From Candidatus Corynebacterium faecipullorum (lineage in GTDB: Bacteria > Actinomycetota > Actinomycetes > Mycobacteriales > Mycobacteriaceae), in NCBI GenBank assembly GCA_019114925.1, contig DXEO01000114.1:192-64191 (forward strand): 64,000 bases of DNA. The letters are read 5' to 3'. Below are positions 48,748 to 58,761 of the stretch, piece by piece (position 1 is the stretch's first letter; each line of letters opens with the position of its first letter). The translations under genes and the position numbers were made by a program. Below the pieces are notes generated by a model. The model did not search any database. It was not told the DNA's origin and was given only the letters and a program-made list of their open reading frames with translations.

Positions 48748-49440
48748 TTAGCTTTGCGTGCGCGGCTTAATGGTCATGGTGTCGATGTTGACGTGCTCCG
48801 GCAGCGAGGCCACCCAACGCACGGCCTCAGCGATATCTTCTGCGGTGAGGTTGAGCTCACCGTCATACACCTGTGCGGCACGTTCCATGTCGCCCCGAAA
48901 ACGATTCAGGGAAAATTCTTCCGTGGCTACACGGCCGGGGTCGAGCTCGGTGACGCGAACGCCGTGCTCCTCGATACGTAATGCACGGGAAATCACGCGC
49001 ACCCCATGCTTGGCGGCGTTGTAGCCGGAGCCGCCCTCGTAGACGTTCCACCCGGCAACGGATCCCATGTTGATAATGAGCCCACCCTGCAGCTTCGGCA
49101 TGAGGGCTTGGATCATGCGGACAGTGCCGAGGACGTTGACGTCATACATCCACTGCCAGTCCTCTACGGTGGTCTCCACGAGAGGTTCCAGGCCCTTAGC
49201 ACCACCGGCGTTGTTGACCAAAAGGTCCACGCGGTCGAGGTGGGAAACGAACTCGGCTACGGATTCGTCCGAGGTTACGTCGAGGGCATAGGCCTCGCCG
49301 CCGATGTCCTTCGCGAGGGCCTCAAGGCGCTCTACGCGACGCGCACCGACGACGACATGCCAGCCGTCAGCCGCCAACGCTCTTGCCGACGCCTCCCCGA
49401 TCCCCGAGGACGCTCCTGTAACAACTGCTACCTTTTCCAT
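48748..49440 (-). CDS. SDR oxidoreductase (YdfG-like)
   Basis: TGASSGIG, NNAG, YNAAK. Confidence 0.9.
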   Translation of the reverse strand: MEKVAVVTGASSGIGEASARALAADGWHVVVGARRVERLEALAKDIGGEAYALDVTSDESVAEFVSHLDRVDLLVNNAGGAKGLEPLVETTVEDWQWMYDVNVLGTVRMIQALMPKLQGGLIINMGSVAGWNVYEGGSGYNAAKHGVRVISRALRIEEHGVRVTELDPGRVATEEFSLNRFRGDMERAAQVYDGELNLTAEDIAEAVRWVASLPEHVNIDTMTIKPRTQS

Positions 49441-49445
49441 GCGCC

Positions 49446-49982
49446 CTAGGATAGGGCTTCTTCCAGCTCGGTGCAGATGTTTTCCACGATCTCGATCTTG
49501 AAGTCGGCCGGGGTGAAGGTGCCATCCTTCATGTCAGTGTTGAGCGAAATATCGAGTTGGGTGCGCAGCTGCTTCATGGAGAAGTTGGCCATGATGAGAC
49601 GCCACGCCTCCACCGCGCGGATGCCGCCGGTGAAACTGTAGCCCACATAGGCAATCGGCTTGGCTACCCACTCGGCGCCGAGGGAATCAACGGCGTTCTT
49701 GAACGCACCCGGCACAGAGTGGTTGTACTCCGGGGTGACAAAGATATAGCCGTCGCAGGAATCGACAGCATCGGACCAGGCTTGGACCTTTGGGTCCTCG
49801 TAGTTTTTGTTTGCCGCCATAGGAATGACGGAGGAGGTAAGGATCGGAACGTCAAAGGCCTTGAGGTCAATGAGTTCGTAGTCCACGTCGCGGCCCTGCG
49901 CGAGATCAGTGAGCCACTGAGCGATGGCCAACCCGGCGCGGTCGTCGCGGGTGGAGCCGAGGATGATACCGATTTTTGCCAT
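49446..49982 (-). CDS. NADPH-dependent FMN reductase
   Basis: GSTR, TPEYNHSVPGAFKNAVD. Confidence 0.9.
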   Translation of the reverse strand: MAKIGIILGSTRDDRAGLAIAQWLTDLAQGRDVDYELIDLKAFDVPILTSSVIPMAANKNYEDPKVQAWSDAVDSCDGYIFVTPEYNHSVPGAFKNAVDSLGAEWVAKPIAYVGYSFTGGIRAVEAWRLIMANFSMKQLRTQLDISLNTDMKDGTFTPADFKIEIVENICTELEEALS

Positions 49983-50081
49983 AAATATGCCTTTCTCATT
50001 TTGTTAACGTGTCAACGTTTAAGCGTACGCCGATATGCTCACGCGATCGACATTTCCGCTCATCATGTTTATCCTTTTGCC

Positions 50082-50705
50082 ATGTCACAGGAGAACTTGG
50101 CAAATCACGGATCTTTCGAGCGCATGGCCAATGGGCAGTGGTTCATGCCTGGCGTCAACGAGGAGGTTAGCGCCGAACATCAGCGTGGTTTTCAGCTGGT
50201 CAAGGAGCTCAATGAGCTGCAGAACACCGACCCGGTTCGCGCGAAGGAGATTTTGCGGGAGCTGTTGTCACCGGAGTCGGAGATTCCCGGGCTGCACGCG
50301 CCGCTCAACGTGGAGTATGGCTGCAATGTGACCATCGGAAAAGGCGTCTTCATCAACTTTGGTGCAACCATTTTGGCGCAGGCGCCTGTAACCCTCGGAG
50401 ACCGCGTCATGATCGGGCCGAATTGCTCTCTTATTACCGTGGGGCATCCTGTCAACGATCATGAGATGCGAGCGGACGGTTGGGAGATTGCGAAGCCCAT
50501 TAGCGTCGGGCGCAACACGTGGTTCGGCGCCAATGTCACGGTGCTGCCGGGCGTGACCATCGGCGAGGATTGTGTCGTTGGCGCGAACACACTGGTCACC
50601 ACAGATATCCCGGATAGGTCACTGGTGCTGGGGCAACCCGGTCGTGTGGTGCGCAAACTGGAGGACAACGAAGACAGGTGGGAGCGCCAGGATCTCGATG
50701 TTTGA
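50082..50705 (+). CDS. maltose/galactoside O-acetyltransferase family
   Basis: EYGCNV, hexapeptide repeats, VLPGVTIG, GQPGRV. Confidence 0.9.
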   Translation: MSQENLANHGSFERMANGQWFMPGVNEEVSAEHQRGFQLVKELNELQNTDPVRAKEILRELLSPESEIPGLHAPLNVEYGCNVTIGKGVFINFGATILAQAPVTLGDRVMIGPNCSLITVGHPVNDHEMRADGWEIAKPISVGRNTWFGANVTVLPGVTIGEDCVVGANTLVTTDIPDRSLVLGQPGRVVRKLEDNEDRWERQDLDV

Positions 50706-52887
50706 TCTCAAGGCGATCGGCAAGGGACTTCCCGTCCTAGAGACCATTGATTCTCTTCCTTCAGACGGCCACGTCGTGGTCCAGGCTCCGCCCGGCACGG
50801 GTAAGACCACGCTTGTTCCGCCGGCGTTGGCCAACCAGATAGAGGGCAAGGTTCTCGTTACCGCACCACGCCGCGTGGCGGTGCGCGCTGCGGCCAACCG
50901 CTTGCAGGAGTTGTCTGGTCAGCGCATCGGCTATGCGGTGCGCGGTGATTCCCGGAAGGGTCAGGACGTTGAGTTTTTAACTCCCGGCGTGCTGTTACGC
51001 CGCCTGCTGCGGGATCCGGAACTCTCTGGCGTTGGTGCCGTAGCCATCGACGAAGTCCACGAGCGCCAGCTCGATACTGACCTCCTGCTCGGCATGTGTT
51101 TGGAGTTGGCGCAGCTCCGCGATGATTTTCGGGTTATTGCCATGTCCGCTACTGTCGACGCCGCCCGTTTTTCCCAGCTCATGGGGAATGCGCCGATCCA
51201 TTCCACCGAAGCGGTGACGTACCCGCTCGACATTTCCTATGAACCGATTCCGGGGCGCGCTGCAGGAAATCGAGACTTTTGGAAAGGCGTGGCGAGGGTT
51301 GCCGCGCGGCAGCAAGAGTCCACGCTGGTCTTTGTTCCTGGCGTGCGCGAAGTCAACCTGGTGTGCGATGCATTGAGTGGCCACAACGTTTTTCCGCTCC
51401 ATGGCCGCCAAACCACGCAGGAGCAAGACGCTGCGCTCTACACCAGAGAACAACGCATCGTGGTGGCGACGTCCATCGCGGAATCTTCACTGACCGTGCC
51501 GGGTGTGCGCACTGTCATCGATGCTGGGCTATCTCGCGTACCCAAGCGGGATGCGCAGCGCGGGATGAGTGGATTGGTGACGGTGTCGACGTCGAAAAGC
51601 AGTGCCGATCAACGCGCCGGACGTGCCGGACGTGAGGCGCCCGGCACCGTCATCCGCTGCTATTCGCAGGAAGACTACCAGCACTTTTCCCCGCACGTGA
51701 TTCCAGAAATCGTTTCCGCGGACCTCACGCAGGCGGCACTGTTCATGGATTGCTGGGGCGCGGGACCAGACTTCCCGTTGCTGGATCCCCCACCGGAGCC
51801 CGCGCTTGCCGACGCCCACCGCACCCTAGATCTGCTCAACGCTGGCGAGGAATTGGCGCTGCTGCCGACGCACCCACGGTGGGGCGCGGCACTGTTGAAG
51901 TACGGTGCGGGGGCAGCGCAGACGATTGCCCGGCTGGATGATTCGGATCCGAAGCGGCTGGCCCGCCTGGTTCCCAACAAAGGTCCGGTGGACCCAGGTG
52001 TGGTGGTCGCTAGCGCCTTCCCAGAGTTCGTGGCTAAGCGCGTTGGTGACAAGGAGTATTTGCTCGCTAGTGGAACCCGTGCGCGGTTTCTCGAGGATGG
52101 TCACGAGTGGTTGGCGGTGGCAGAGGTATCGTTGGCACAATCTGGAAACGCCATCATTCGTGAAGCAGTGCCCATTGCGGAAAAGGACGCGCTTGAAATC
52201 ATCGGCGTCACGGAGGAAACCCGAGCTTTTCTCGACGGCAGCACAGTACGCGGCGTGCGCGTGCGTGCGGCAGGCGCCATCGTGTTGTCGGAGACGCCAG
52301 TGAAGGTCTCCGGTGATGAGACGGCGGAGGCACTACGCAACTCCGGACAGGGTTTAAGCCTGTTCCACTTCAGCGACAAGGCCCAGAATCTGCGGGAACG
52401 TATGCGGCATCTGCATAGGGCATACGGTGAGCCCTGGCCGGACGTGGACGGCGATGACCTGAGCTGGCTGGAGCCGGAGCTGAATGAGCTGGCTGCCGGG
52501 AAGCACCCAGACATGTACCCAGCGCTGCAGCGTCTGCTGCCGTGGCCCGAAGCTAGCCGCTTAGACGAGCTCGCACCGGAGCGACTGCCGGTTCCATCCG
52601 GGCGTGCTGCAAGGATCGATTGGTCCGGCGAGCGCCCAGTGGTCTCCATCAAGTTGCAGGAGTGTTTCGGGCTGGCGGAGTCCCCCGAATACTGCGGCCA
52701 CCGAGTGCAATTCCATCTACTGTCTCCCGCCGGCCGGCCACTTGCCGTTACCGATGATCTGGCGAGCTTCTGGTCTGGCCCCTATGCCGGGGTGCGCGCG
52801 GACATGCGCGGGCGCTATCCCAAGCACCCGTGGCCGGAGGATCCGTGGAATGCGGTAGCAACCGCAAAGACGAAGAACAGGATTTAA
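50698..52887 (+). CDS. hrpB: ATP-dependent helicase HrpB
   Basis: APPGTGKTT, DEVHER, SAT, QRAGRAGR, C-terminal GRYPKHPWP. Confidence 0.93.
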   Translation: MFDLKAIGKGLPVLETIDSLPSDGHVVVQAPPGTGKTTLVPPALANQIEGKVLVTAPRRVAVRAAANRLQELSGQRIGYAVRGDSRKGQDVEFLTPGVLLRRLLRDPELSGVGAVAIDEVHERQLDTDLLLGMCLELAQLRDDFRVIAMSATVDAARFSQLMGNAPIHSTEAVTYPLDISYEPIPGRAAGNRDFWKGVARVAARQQESTLVFVPGVREVNLVCDALSGHNVFPLHGRQTTQEQDAALYTREQRIVVATSIAESSLTVPGVRTVIDAGLSRVPKRDAQRGMSGLVTVSTSKSSADQRAGRAGREAPGTVIRCYSQEDYQHFSPHVIPEIVSADLTQAALFMDCWGAGPDFPLLDPPPEPALADAHRTLDLLNAGEELALLPTHPRWGAALLKYGAGAAQTIARLDDSDPKRLARLVPNKGPVDPGVVVASAFPEFVAKRVGDKEYLLASGTRARFLEDGHEWLAVAEVSLAQSGNAIIREAVPIAEKDALEIIGVTEETRAFLDGSTVRGVRVRAAGAIVLSETPVKVSGDETAEALRNSGQGLSLFHFSDKAQNLRERMRHLHRAYGEPWPDVDGDDLSWLEPELNELAAGKHPDMYPALQRLLPWPEASRLDELAPERLPVPSGRAARIDWSGERPVVSIKLQECFGLAESPEYCGHRVQFHLLSPAGRPLAVTDDLASFWSGPYAGVRADMRGRYPKHPWPEDPWNAVATAKTKNRI

Positions 52888-53654
52888 CCCCACTGCTGCC
52901 AGGCCAGGTACACGCTCATCACCACGACGAGAGTGAGGAGCGCATAACGGATAAGCTTCGCACCGCCGCCGAGCACTGTTCGCGCGCCCAGCTGCGCGCC
53001 AATGATATTTGCTGCTGCAAGAACTAAGGCGAGCCCCCATACCACGTGCCCGCCCACGATGAAGACCACGAGCGCGCCGACGTTGGTACATGTGTTGACC
53101 ACCTTGGACATCGCGGCAGAGGTAAGGAAGTTCTGGGAAAAGATGGCGGTGAAGGCCATGATGAGGAACATGCCGGTGCCGGGGCCAAAGATACCGTCGT
53201 AGAAGGCAATGGCCGCCACCGCGGCTAACCCTGCCCACGTGCGCCAGCCGCCGCGGATACCGTCCCCTTCACCGCTGCCGAAGTCTGGGCGAAAGGCCAC
53301 GAAGAGGCCGACTGTCACCATGAGCACGATGATGATCGGCCGCATGACGTCCTTATCCATGAGTGCGGCTGCTGCGGCCCCGAGTCCAGAGCATAGGAGG
53401 GCGATAATGCCCATACGGATGAGCTCGCCCTTCGGCGGGCGTACCTTCTTGACGAGCGTGACGGCAGCAGAGGCCGTTCCAGAGACCGCCGCCACCTTGT
53501 TCGTGGCCAGCGCGGTGGCGGGCGCAAGCTGGGGTGCGACCGCCAGGATGAGCGGAATGAGCACGAGCCCGCCGCCACCAATGACGGCATCGATCCATCC
53601 GGCCACGGCAGCGCCGATGGTGAGAATCGCCCAACCACTTAGTCCGAAATCCAT
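52884..53654 (-). CDS. TauE/SafE (TSUP) family transporter
   Basis: DAVIGGGGL, ATNK, YDGIFGPGTG. Start uncertain. Confidence 0.88.
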   Translation of the reverse strand: MDFGLSGWAILTIGAAVAGWIDAVIGGGGLVLIPLILAVAPQLAPATALATNKVAAVSGTASAAVTLVKKVRPPKGELIRMGIIALLCSGLGAAAAALMDKDVMRPIIIVLMVTVGLFVAFRPDFGSGEGDGIRGGWRTWAGLAAVAAIAFYDGIFGPGTGMFLIMAFTAIFSQNFLTSAAMSKVVNTCTNVGALVVFIVGGHVVWGLALVLAAANIIGAQLGARTVLGGGAKLIRYALLTLVVVMSVYLAWQQWG

Positions 53655-53676
53655 GTCCATCATTAAACTCGATTCC

Positions 53677-54723
53677 ATGTCTGTTCGTACGAGATGGGTC
53701 ATCGTGGCACCGGGGTCCGCGGCACTCGGGGCATTGTTTAGCTACCTTCACGTACCCGCAGCCTGGATCCTCGGCGCCATCGTGGTCTCGGGAGCCATGG
53801 CCTTGACGACGGGCAAAGAACTCGCCGTTAATGAGCACTTCTATTCTGTCGCCCGCGGATTCATCGGAATGATGGCGGGAATACCGCTGACCTTAGTTCC
53901 TGCCTCCACGCTCATTGGCTTTGTGCCGGCCGCGGTGACGATGTCACTCATTACTGTTTTAATCGGTGTCGCCGGCGGCGTGCTGCTGCACCGTTCGCAG
54001 CCGAAAGATATTTCCTGGGAAACCGGAATTTTATCCATGCTGCCGGGCGGGGCCTCGCTCATGCCGGCGCTAGCCAGTGAACTCGGTGCGGACTACCGCT
54101 ACGTGGCGCTGACGCAATACCTGCGCCTTCTGGCGGTGTCGGTATCGCTGCCTTTGGTGGTCTCCTTGTTAGATTCCCCCGCGGGCAAGGGCGTGGACAT
54201 GAGCGTTGACGGCGAGGTCACGTGGTGGGTCGTGCTGCTGAGCCTCGCCATCGCGGTGGTTGGTGAGAAGCTAGGCAAGCTGGTGCGTTTGCCAGCTGCT
54301 GCTGTTTTGGGGCCACTCATCTTGACGGTGCTGGTCGCTCAGGTTATTCCCGCCGGCCACACTTTGGAGCCGCTCTACGTGTTCAAGATCATGGCGTTTA
54401 TGTCCATCGGCTGGGTCTGCGGTGGTGGGCTGTCGGTACCGGCACTGCGGGCCTTCGCCAAGCAGCTGCCGGCGACGATCCTCTTTATCATTGTCGTGAT
54501 CGGCGTGTGCGCATTGACCGCCCTGCCTTTGACCGCATGGCTGGACATCACCTACTTCGAGGCTTACCTCGCCACCTCCCCCGGCGCGCTGGAGACGGTG
54601 CTTGCGCTGTCTGCGGAAGGCGGGGCGGGCCCCGCCGTGGTGGCCGTACAGATTATCCGGCTCATCATTGTGCTGGTCATCGCCGGCTACCTGCCGCAGA
54701 TTTTGCGGCTATTCCGCCGCTAG
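53677..54723 (+). CDS. AbrB family duplicated membrane protein
   Basis: Repeated PAAWILG/PAAAVLG, PGG and Q.(L/I)RL motifs. TAAACT-N7-ATG. Confidence 0.85.
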   Translation: MSVRTRWVIVAPGSAALGALFSYLHVPAAWILGAIVVSGAMALTTGKELAVNEHFYSVARGFIGMMAGIPLTLVPASTLIGFVPAAVTMSLITVLIGVAGGVLLHRSQPKDISWETGILSMLPGGASLMPALASELGADYRYVALTQYLRLLAVSVSLPLVVSLLDSPAGKGVDMSVDGEVTWWVVLLSLAIAVVGEKLGKLVRLPAAAVLGPLILTVLVAQVIPAGHTLEPLYVFKIMAFMSIGWVCGGGLSVPALRAFAKQLPATILFIIVVIGVCALTALPLTAWLDITYFEAYLATSPGALETVLALSAEGGAGPAVVAVQIIRLIIVLVIAGYLPQILRLFRR

Positions 54724-56381
54724 TCCAGAATCGTCTCGCGCAGAATCGACATCGGCACAGAACCTAGGGCCAACGCCTGGGAGTGGAAATCACGTACGTC
54801 CATCCCTTGTTCAACTGCGGCGTCGCGGGTCTGCTGCCACAGGCGCTGGCCCAGAGCATAAGACGGAGCCTGGCCCGGCCAGCCCAGGTAACGGGTGACC
54901 TCGAAGGAGAGGTTGGCGTCATCCATCGCGGTGTTTTCACGCATGAAGGTCTTGACGTGGGACTTGTCCCAGACGCCGGACGCGGTGCACTCCGGAAGGG
55001 CTTTACCCAAGTGGAGTCCGATGTCGACCACGACGCGGGCGGCGCGGAAGCGTTGGGCGTCGAGAAGCCCCATGCGGAAGCCCGGATCATCCATGTATCC
55101 CAGCTCCGCCATGAGTGCCTCAGCGTACAGAGCCCAGCCCTCACCGTGGCCGGAGTTCCACGTCACCGCACGGCGCCATAGGTTGAGGTCCGGCTGGGTC
55201 AGCGCGGCGCCAATCTGCAGATGGTGGCCCGGCGCGCCCTCGTGGTGGACGGTTGTCAGCTCCTGCCAGGTGTGGAAAAGCTCCTGGCCAGCCGGTACGG
55301 ACCACCACATGCGGCCGGGGCGGGAGAAATCGTCAGAAGGAGAGGTGTAGAAGATGCCGCCGGTGCCTGCCGGATCGATGCAGCACTCGATTTCTTTAAC
55401 GGCCTCCGGGATGTCGAAGGCGGTGCCGTCGAGGTCCTTGATGACGCGGTCCGCGGTGGACTGCATCCACTCCACCAGAGCATCGGTGCCGTGGAGCTGG
55501 TAGCGCTCCTCCTCGTTGAGCTTGCGCATAGCCGAGCGCACGGTGACGTCGGAGCCATAGAGCTCGTGGGCGATCTTTTCTTGTTCCGCCTTTATGGAGC
55601 GCACCTGGTCCAGGCCCCACTCATAGGCCTCATCGAGGTCCACGACATCGCCGACGAAAAGCTTGGAGAAGCGCTCGTAGCGCTCGCGGCCCACCGCGTC
55701 CTGCGATGGGGCCTGCGGCTGGAGTTCGTTAGAGAGCCAATCGGCGAATTCGCCGAAGGCTTCCTTGGCCGCGTCTACCTCTGGACCCTCAACGCCAAGG
55801 TCCTCGAGCATGGAGCCGGCGTCGGCAAGCCGCTCGCATTGCACGAAGACATCGGAGATCTGGCGCTGCGGCGCCACCATTCCACGCGACGCCGCCTCGG
55901 TGAGGGACTCCTTGTAGCCGTTGAGTGAGGTTGCCACCTTCGACAGGCGCGAACGCAACGCATCAAGCTGCTCCGGGGTGTCCTTCGGCATGAGCATGAG
56001 GGTGTCGCGGATGGTCTGCACTGGGGAGGCAATGTTGTTGAGACAGCGGATGTCCTCACCGGCATGGTGCAGGTCAAGATCCAGGCAGAGACGGTCGCGC
56101 AAGACGGCGGCGGTGACGTAGTCCACCTCATCGAAGTCATCGTCATCATCAGACTCGTCGGTGGTGTCATCGAGGGCATCGAGATCCGCCATCATCTCAC
56201 GAGTGCGATCCGCCACGGAGGAGTAGTACTCCGGGGAGAAATCTTCCAACTCACCGTCGAAGCCGGGAATTCCCCACGCGGTGGCATCGGTGGGCGTGAG
56301 CTGCGCGAGGTCGTGGACGAAGTTATCGCACGACGCGTCCAGCAGCGAAGGCTGGCGCTCTGCGTTCTGGTCAAAACTCAT
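54720..56381 (-). CDS. DUF885 family probable metallopeptidase
   Basis: HEGAPGHHLQ, EGWALYAE, RYLGWPGQAPSY. Confidence 0.9.
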   Translation of the reverse strand: MSFDQNAERQPSLLDASCDNFVHDLAQLTPTDATAWGIPGFDGELEDFSPEYYSSVADRTREMMADLDALDDTTDESDDDDDFDEVDYVTAAVLRDRLCLDLDLHHAGEDIRCLNNIASPVQTIRDTLMLMPKDTPEQLDALRSRLSKVATSLNGYKESLTEAASRGMVAPQRQISDVFVQCERLADAGSMLEDLGVEGPEVDAAKEAFGEFADWLSNELQPQAPSQDAVGRERYERFSKLFVGDVVDLDEAYEWGLDQVRSIKAEQEKIAHELYGSDVTVRSAMRKLNEEERYQLHGTDALVEWMQSTADRVIKDLDGTAFDIPEAVKEIECCIDPAGTGGIFYTSPSDDFSRPGRMWWSVPAGQELFHTWQELTTVHHEGAPGHHLQIGAALTQPDLNLWRRAVTWNSGHGEGWALYAEALMAELGYMDDPGFRMGLLDAQRFRAARVVVDIGLHLGKALPECTASGVWDKSHVKTFMRENTAMDDANLSFEVTRYLGWPGQAPSYALGQRLWQQTRDAAVEQGMDVRDFHSQALALGSVPMSILRETILD

Positions 56382-56451
56382 AAGGGCGAAGTCTAACGAA
56401 GATCCGGGGGTTTGGGCCAACCCAGCGCCGCCTTATTTACCAGGTTGTTAG

Positions 56452-57021
56452 CTAATTGTTGCTCCACTTACTTCCCGGGCTTGTCCACGACGAGAATCCA
56501 TCGAGTACCCCGGCCGGGGAAGGATTGACCACGAGAGCATCGAGGAAGCGCTTTTGAACAAAGCCTTCCTGCACCATTGCGGAGTACATATGCACGAAAG
56601 GCTGCCAGAAACCGTTGACGTCTACCAGACCCACCGGGCCGTCGAGGTTACCTAATTGCTGCAGGGTGAGCACCTCGGTGAGCTCCTCTAGAGTTCCCAC
56701 GCCACCCGGCAGGCACACGAAGGCATCCGCGAGTGCCTCCATACGCGTCTTGCGCTGCGCCATGGTGTCCACGACCTCGAGCTTGGTTACCCGCTGGTGT
56801 GACATCTCATAATCGACGAGCTGCCGCGGGATTACCCCAATGACTGTGCCACCGGCGGCAAGGCAGGAATCTGCGACGATGCCCATCAGGCCTACGTCAC
56901 CACCGCCATAGACCAGGGTGAGGTTGCGCCGCGCGAGCTCCTCCCCCAAAAGGTGTGCGGCTTGGCCATAGGCTTCAGAGTTTCCGGCGGCGGAGCCGCA
57001 GTACACAGCAACAGAATCCAT
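56452..57021 (-). CDS. LOG family nucleotide phosphoribohydrolase
   Basis: VYGGGDVGLMG, RK, PGGVGTLEE. Confidence 0.92.
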   Translation of the reverse strand: MDSVAVYCGSAAGNSEAYGQAAHLLGEELARRNLTLVYGGGDVGLMGIVADSCLAAGGTVIGVIPRQLVDYEMSHQRVTKLEVVDTMAQRKTRMEALADAFVCLPGGVGTLEELTEVLTLQQLGNLDGPVGLVDVNGFWQPFVHMYSAMVQEGFVQKRFLDALVVNPSPAGVLDGFSSWTSPGSKWSNN

Positions 57022-57049
57022 GAATACCACTCTAACGCAGGAACACTTC

Positions 57050-57065
57050 TAGACTATGATGTCTA
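57050..57065. promoter_or_regulatory. McbR box
   Basis: TAGAC-TATGAT-GTCTA, exact TAGAC-N6-GTCTA consensus. Confidence 0.8.
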
Positions 57066-57083
57066 CTGAATCCCAATTTCTAT

Positions 57084-57099
57084 TAGACAATGCGGTCTG
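57084..57099. promoter_or_regulatory. second McbR box
   Basis: TAGAC-AATGCG-GTCTG, 9/10 match, just upstream of the TATACT -10. Confidence 0.7.
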
Positions 57100-57118
57100 C
57101 TGAATTTATACTTGCGCC

Positions 57119-58195
57119 ATGATTAAATCTGGTCCCGTGTTCACTCGCCCCCGCACCCCAGCGGCGAAGTGCCTCCACATCATTCGACTCAACCCCATTG
57201 TTACCCGCAGTGAACTTGTCGAAGCCACGGGACTCTCCCAGCCGACGATTACCCGCGCCACTGCCGCACTGCTGGGTGCTGGACTGATTCGCGAGCGCAC
57301 GGATTTGACGCAATCCCGCGGCCGCGGGCGCCCCACCGTGCCCCTGGAAGTAGCGGATAATGACTGGATGCTGGCCGGCATCGCGGTTGGTACTGCCTTT
57401 ACCCACATCGCCTTCTTCGACACCAAGGGGCGCACCCTCCGCGAGGAAGACGTGGCTACCCCGGTGTCGCGCTTGAGTGCAAGTGATGTCATCGAGCACA
57501 TCATCGCTGGTGTCAACCGCCTGATGACCGGCCTGGATCGTCGTTTGGTTTCGGTCGGCGTGACCACCTCCGGCAGCGTCAACGAAGCTGGACGCATTAC
57601 CGCCCACAACCTGGGCTGGGACGAGATGGATATCGCCAGCCGTCTGGAGTACCAGTTCGGCGTTCCGATTGTCGTGTCCTCCGTCATCCCTGCCATCCTG
57701 GGATCCGAGACGCAGTCTGCGGAGCTAGGCGCGGAAAAGCCCGTCATGGTGCTCTACGCGGATGACTCCGTTGGCGCCGCGCTGACCTTGGGCGATGAAA
57801 TCGTGCAGCTCGAACTCGACGAAGCTGACGCCCTGGCCACGCAGGCAGTACTTTCTGCAACTGGCGGAGACTCATTCCCAGACGTGGTCGCGAATGCTGA
57901 TGAAGAAACGCGGGCGCTTCTCGACGACCGCGCGCGCTCCCTCGGGGCCACCGCTGCTGAACTTTTGACGCAGCATAAGCCCGATACGCTCGTGGTGGCC
58001 GGCGGCGCCTTCTCGGATGATCCGGCAGCTCCGAAGCTCTTTGCTTCCGCCGTGCGCCAAGCCACTGAGCACCCAGTGGAGCTGCGCATGATTCCCTCGC
58101 ACACCGAGATTGTTCGCGCCTGCACCCGCGCTGTGGCGCTCGATCCGCTGCTGCGCGTGCCGCTCGAGCTTGGCCGCGAGGCGAAAGCTGCCTAA
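57119..58195 (+). CDS. cysR: ROK family transcriptional regulator, CysR/SsuR-like
   Basis: wHTH TRSELVEATGLSQPTITR, GRGRP, ROK body. Two McbR boxes upstream. Symbol inferred from these. Confidence 0.7.
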   Translation: MIKSGPVFTRPRTPAAKCLHIIRLNPIVTRSELVEATGLSQPTITRATAALLGAGLIRERTDLTQSRGRGRPTVPLEVADNDWMLAGIAVGTAFTHIAFFDTKGRTLREEDVATPVSRLSASDVIEHIIAGVNRLMTGLDRRLVSVGVTTSGSVNEAGRITAHNLGWDEMDIASRLEYQFGVPIVVSSVIPAILGSETQSAELGAEKPVMVLYADDSVGAALTLGDEIVQLELDEADALATQAVLSATGGDSFPDVVANADEETRALLDDRARSLGATAAELLTQHKPDTLVVAGGAFSDDPAAPKLFASAVRQATEHPVELRMIPSHTEIVRACTRAVALDPLLRVPLELGREAKAA

Positions 58196-58761
58196 AAGTA
58201 GACCGAGTCGATTCCCGTAAAAAGGTGGGCCTTGAGCCCGAGACGCTGAGCGGCGGTGACAAAGTCCGACCGATCATCGAAGAAGTGCGTGTCCTTGGCC
58301 TGCGCGCCGAGGGCATCCACGGCCACGAGGTAGGCCTCTGGATCCGGCTTGGCTACCCCGATATCGCAGCTCAGCGTCACGGCAGCGCATTCCTCCAACC
58401 AAGGCTGCGTCTGGCGGATCCGAGTTCCCAGTACCATCGGAACATTCGCCAAAATGCCGACGCTATGCCCTTGAGCAATAAACCCTAGGACCGCGCGCAC
58501 CATCTCTTCATCGGCGACCAACAGGCGCTCGGTGTCCAGTTCAGTCGCGTGGCTGACGTCAAAGGAGCTTAGTTCAGTCAGCGCACGAATGCGGCCCCAA
58601 TACTGCGCATCGCTCAGGTGCCCAGCATTATAGGCAGGGCGAAACTCCTCATAGATGGTCCAAAAGTGCTCTACGTTTTCGGGACGGAGGTAATCCTCCA
58701 ACTCAGAGTTCCCGGCGGGCCGCATGAGCACGCCATAAAGGTCGAAGAGCAAACTTGCCAT
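58192..58761 (-). CDS. HAD family hydrolase
   Basis: FDLYGV, KPDP, FFDD. Confidence 0.88.
   Translation of the reverse strand: MASLLFDLYGVLMRPAGNSELEDYLRPENVEHFWTIYEEFRPAYNAGHLSDAQYWGRIRALTELSSFDVSHATELDTERLLVADEEMVRAVLGFIAQGHSVGILANVPMVLGTRIRQTQPWLEECAAVTLSCDIGVAKPDPEAYLVAVDALGAQAKDTHFFDDRSDFVTAAQRLGLKAHLFTGIDSVYF

Noticed and set aside
49557-53676. Long N-terminal extensions in the ORF track (acetyltransferase from 49557, hrpB from 50572, AbrB from 53209; likewise moeB, moaE and others)
   Set aside because: They overlap real genes; downstream starts are supported by -10 spacing, RBS or coupling
56452-57021. LOG plus IpdC-like decarboxylase as a plant-hormone (cytokinin + auxin) system
   Set aside because: About 46 kb apart, LOG is widespread housekeeping, and no ipt or other plant-association genes are present
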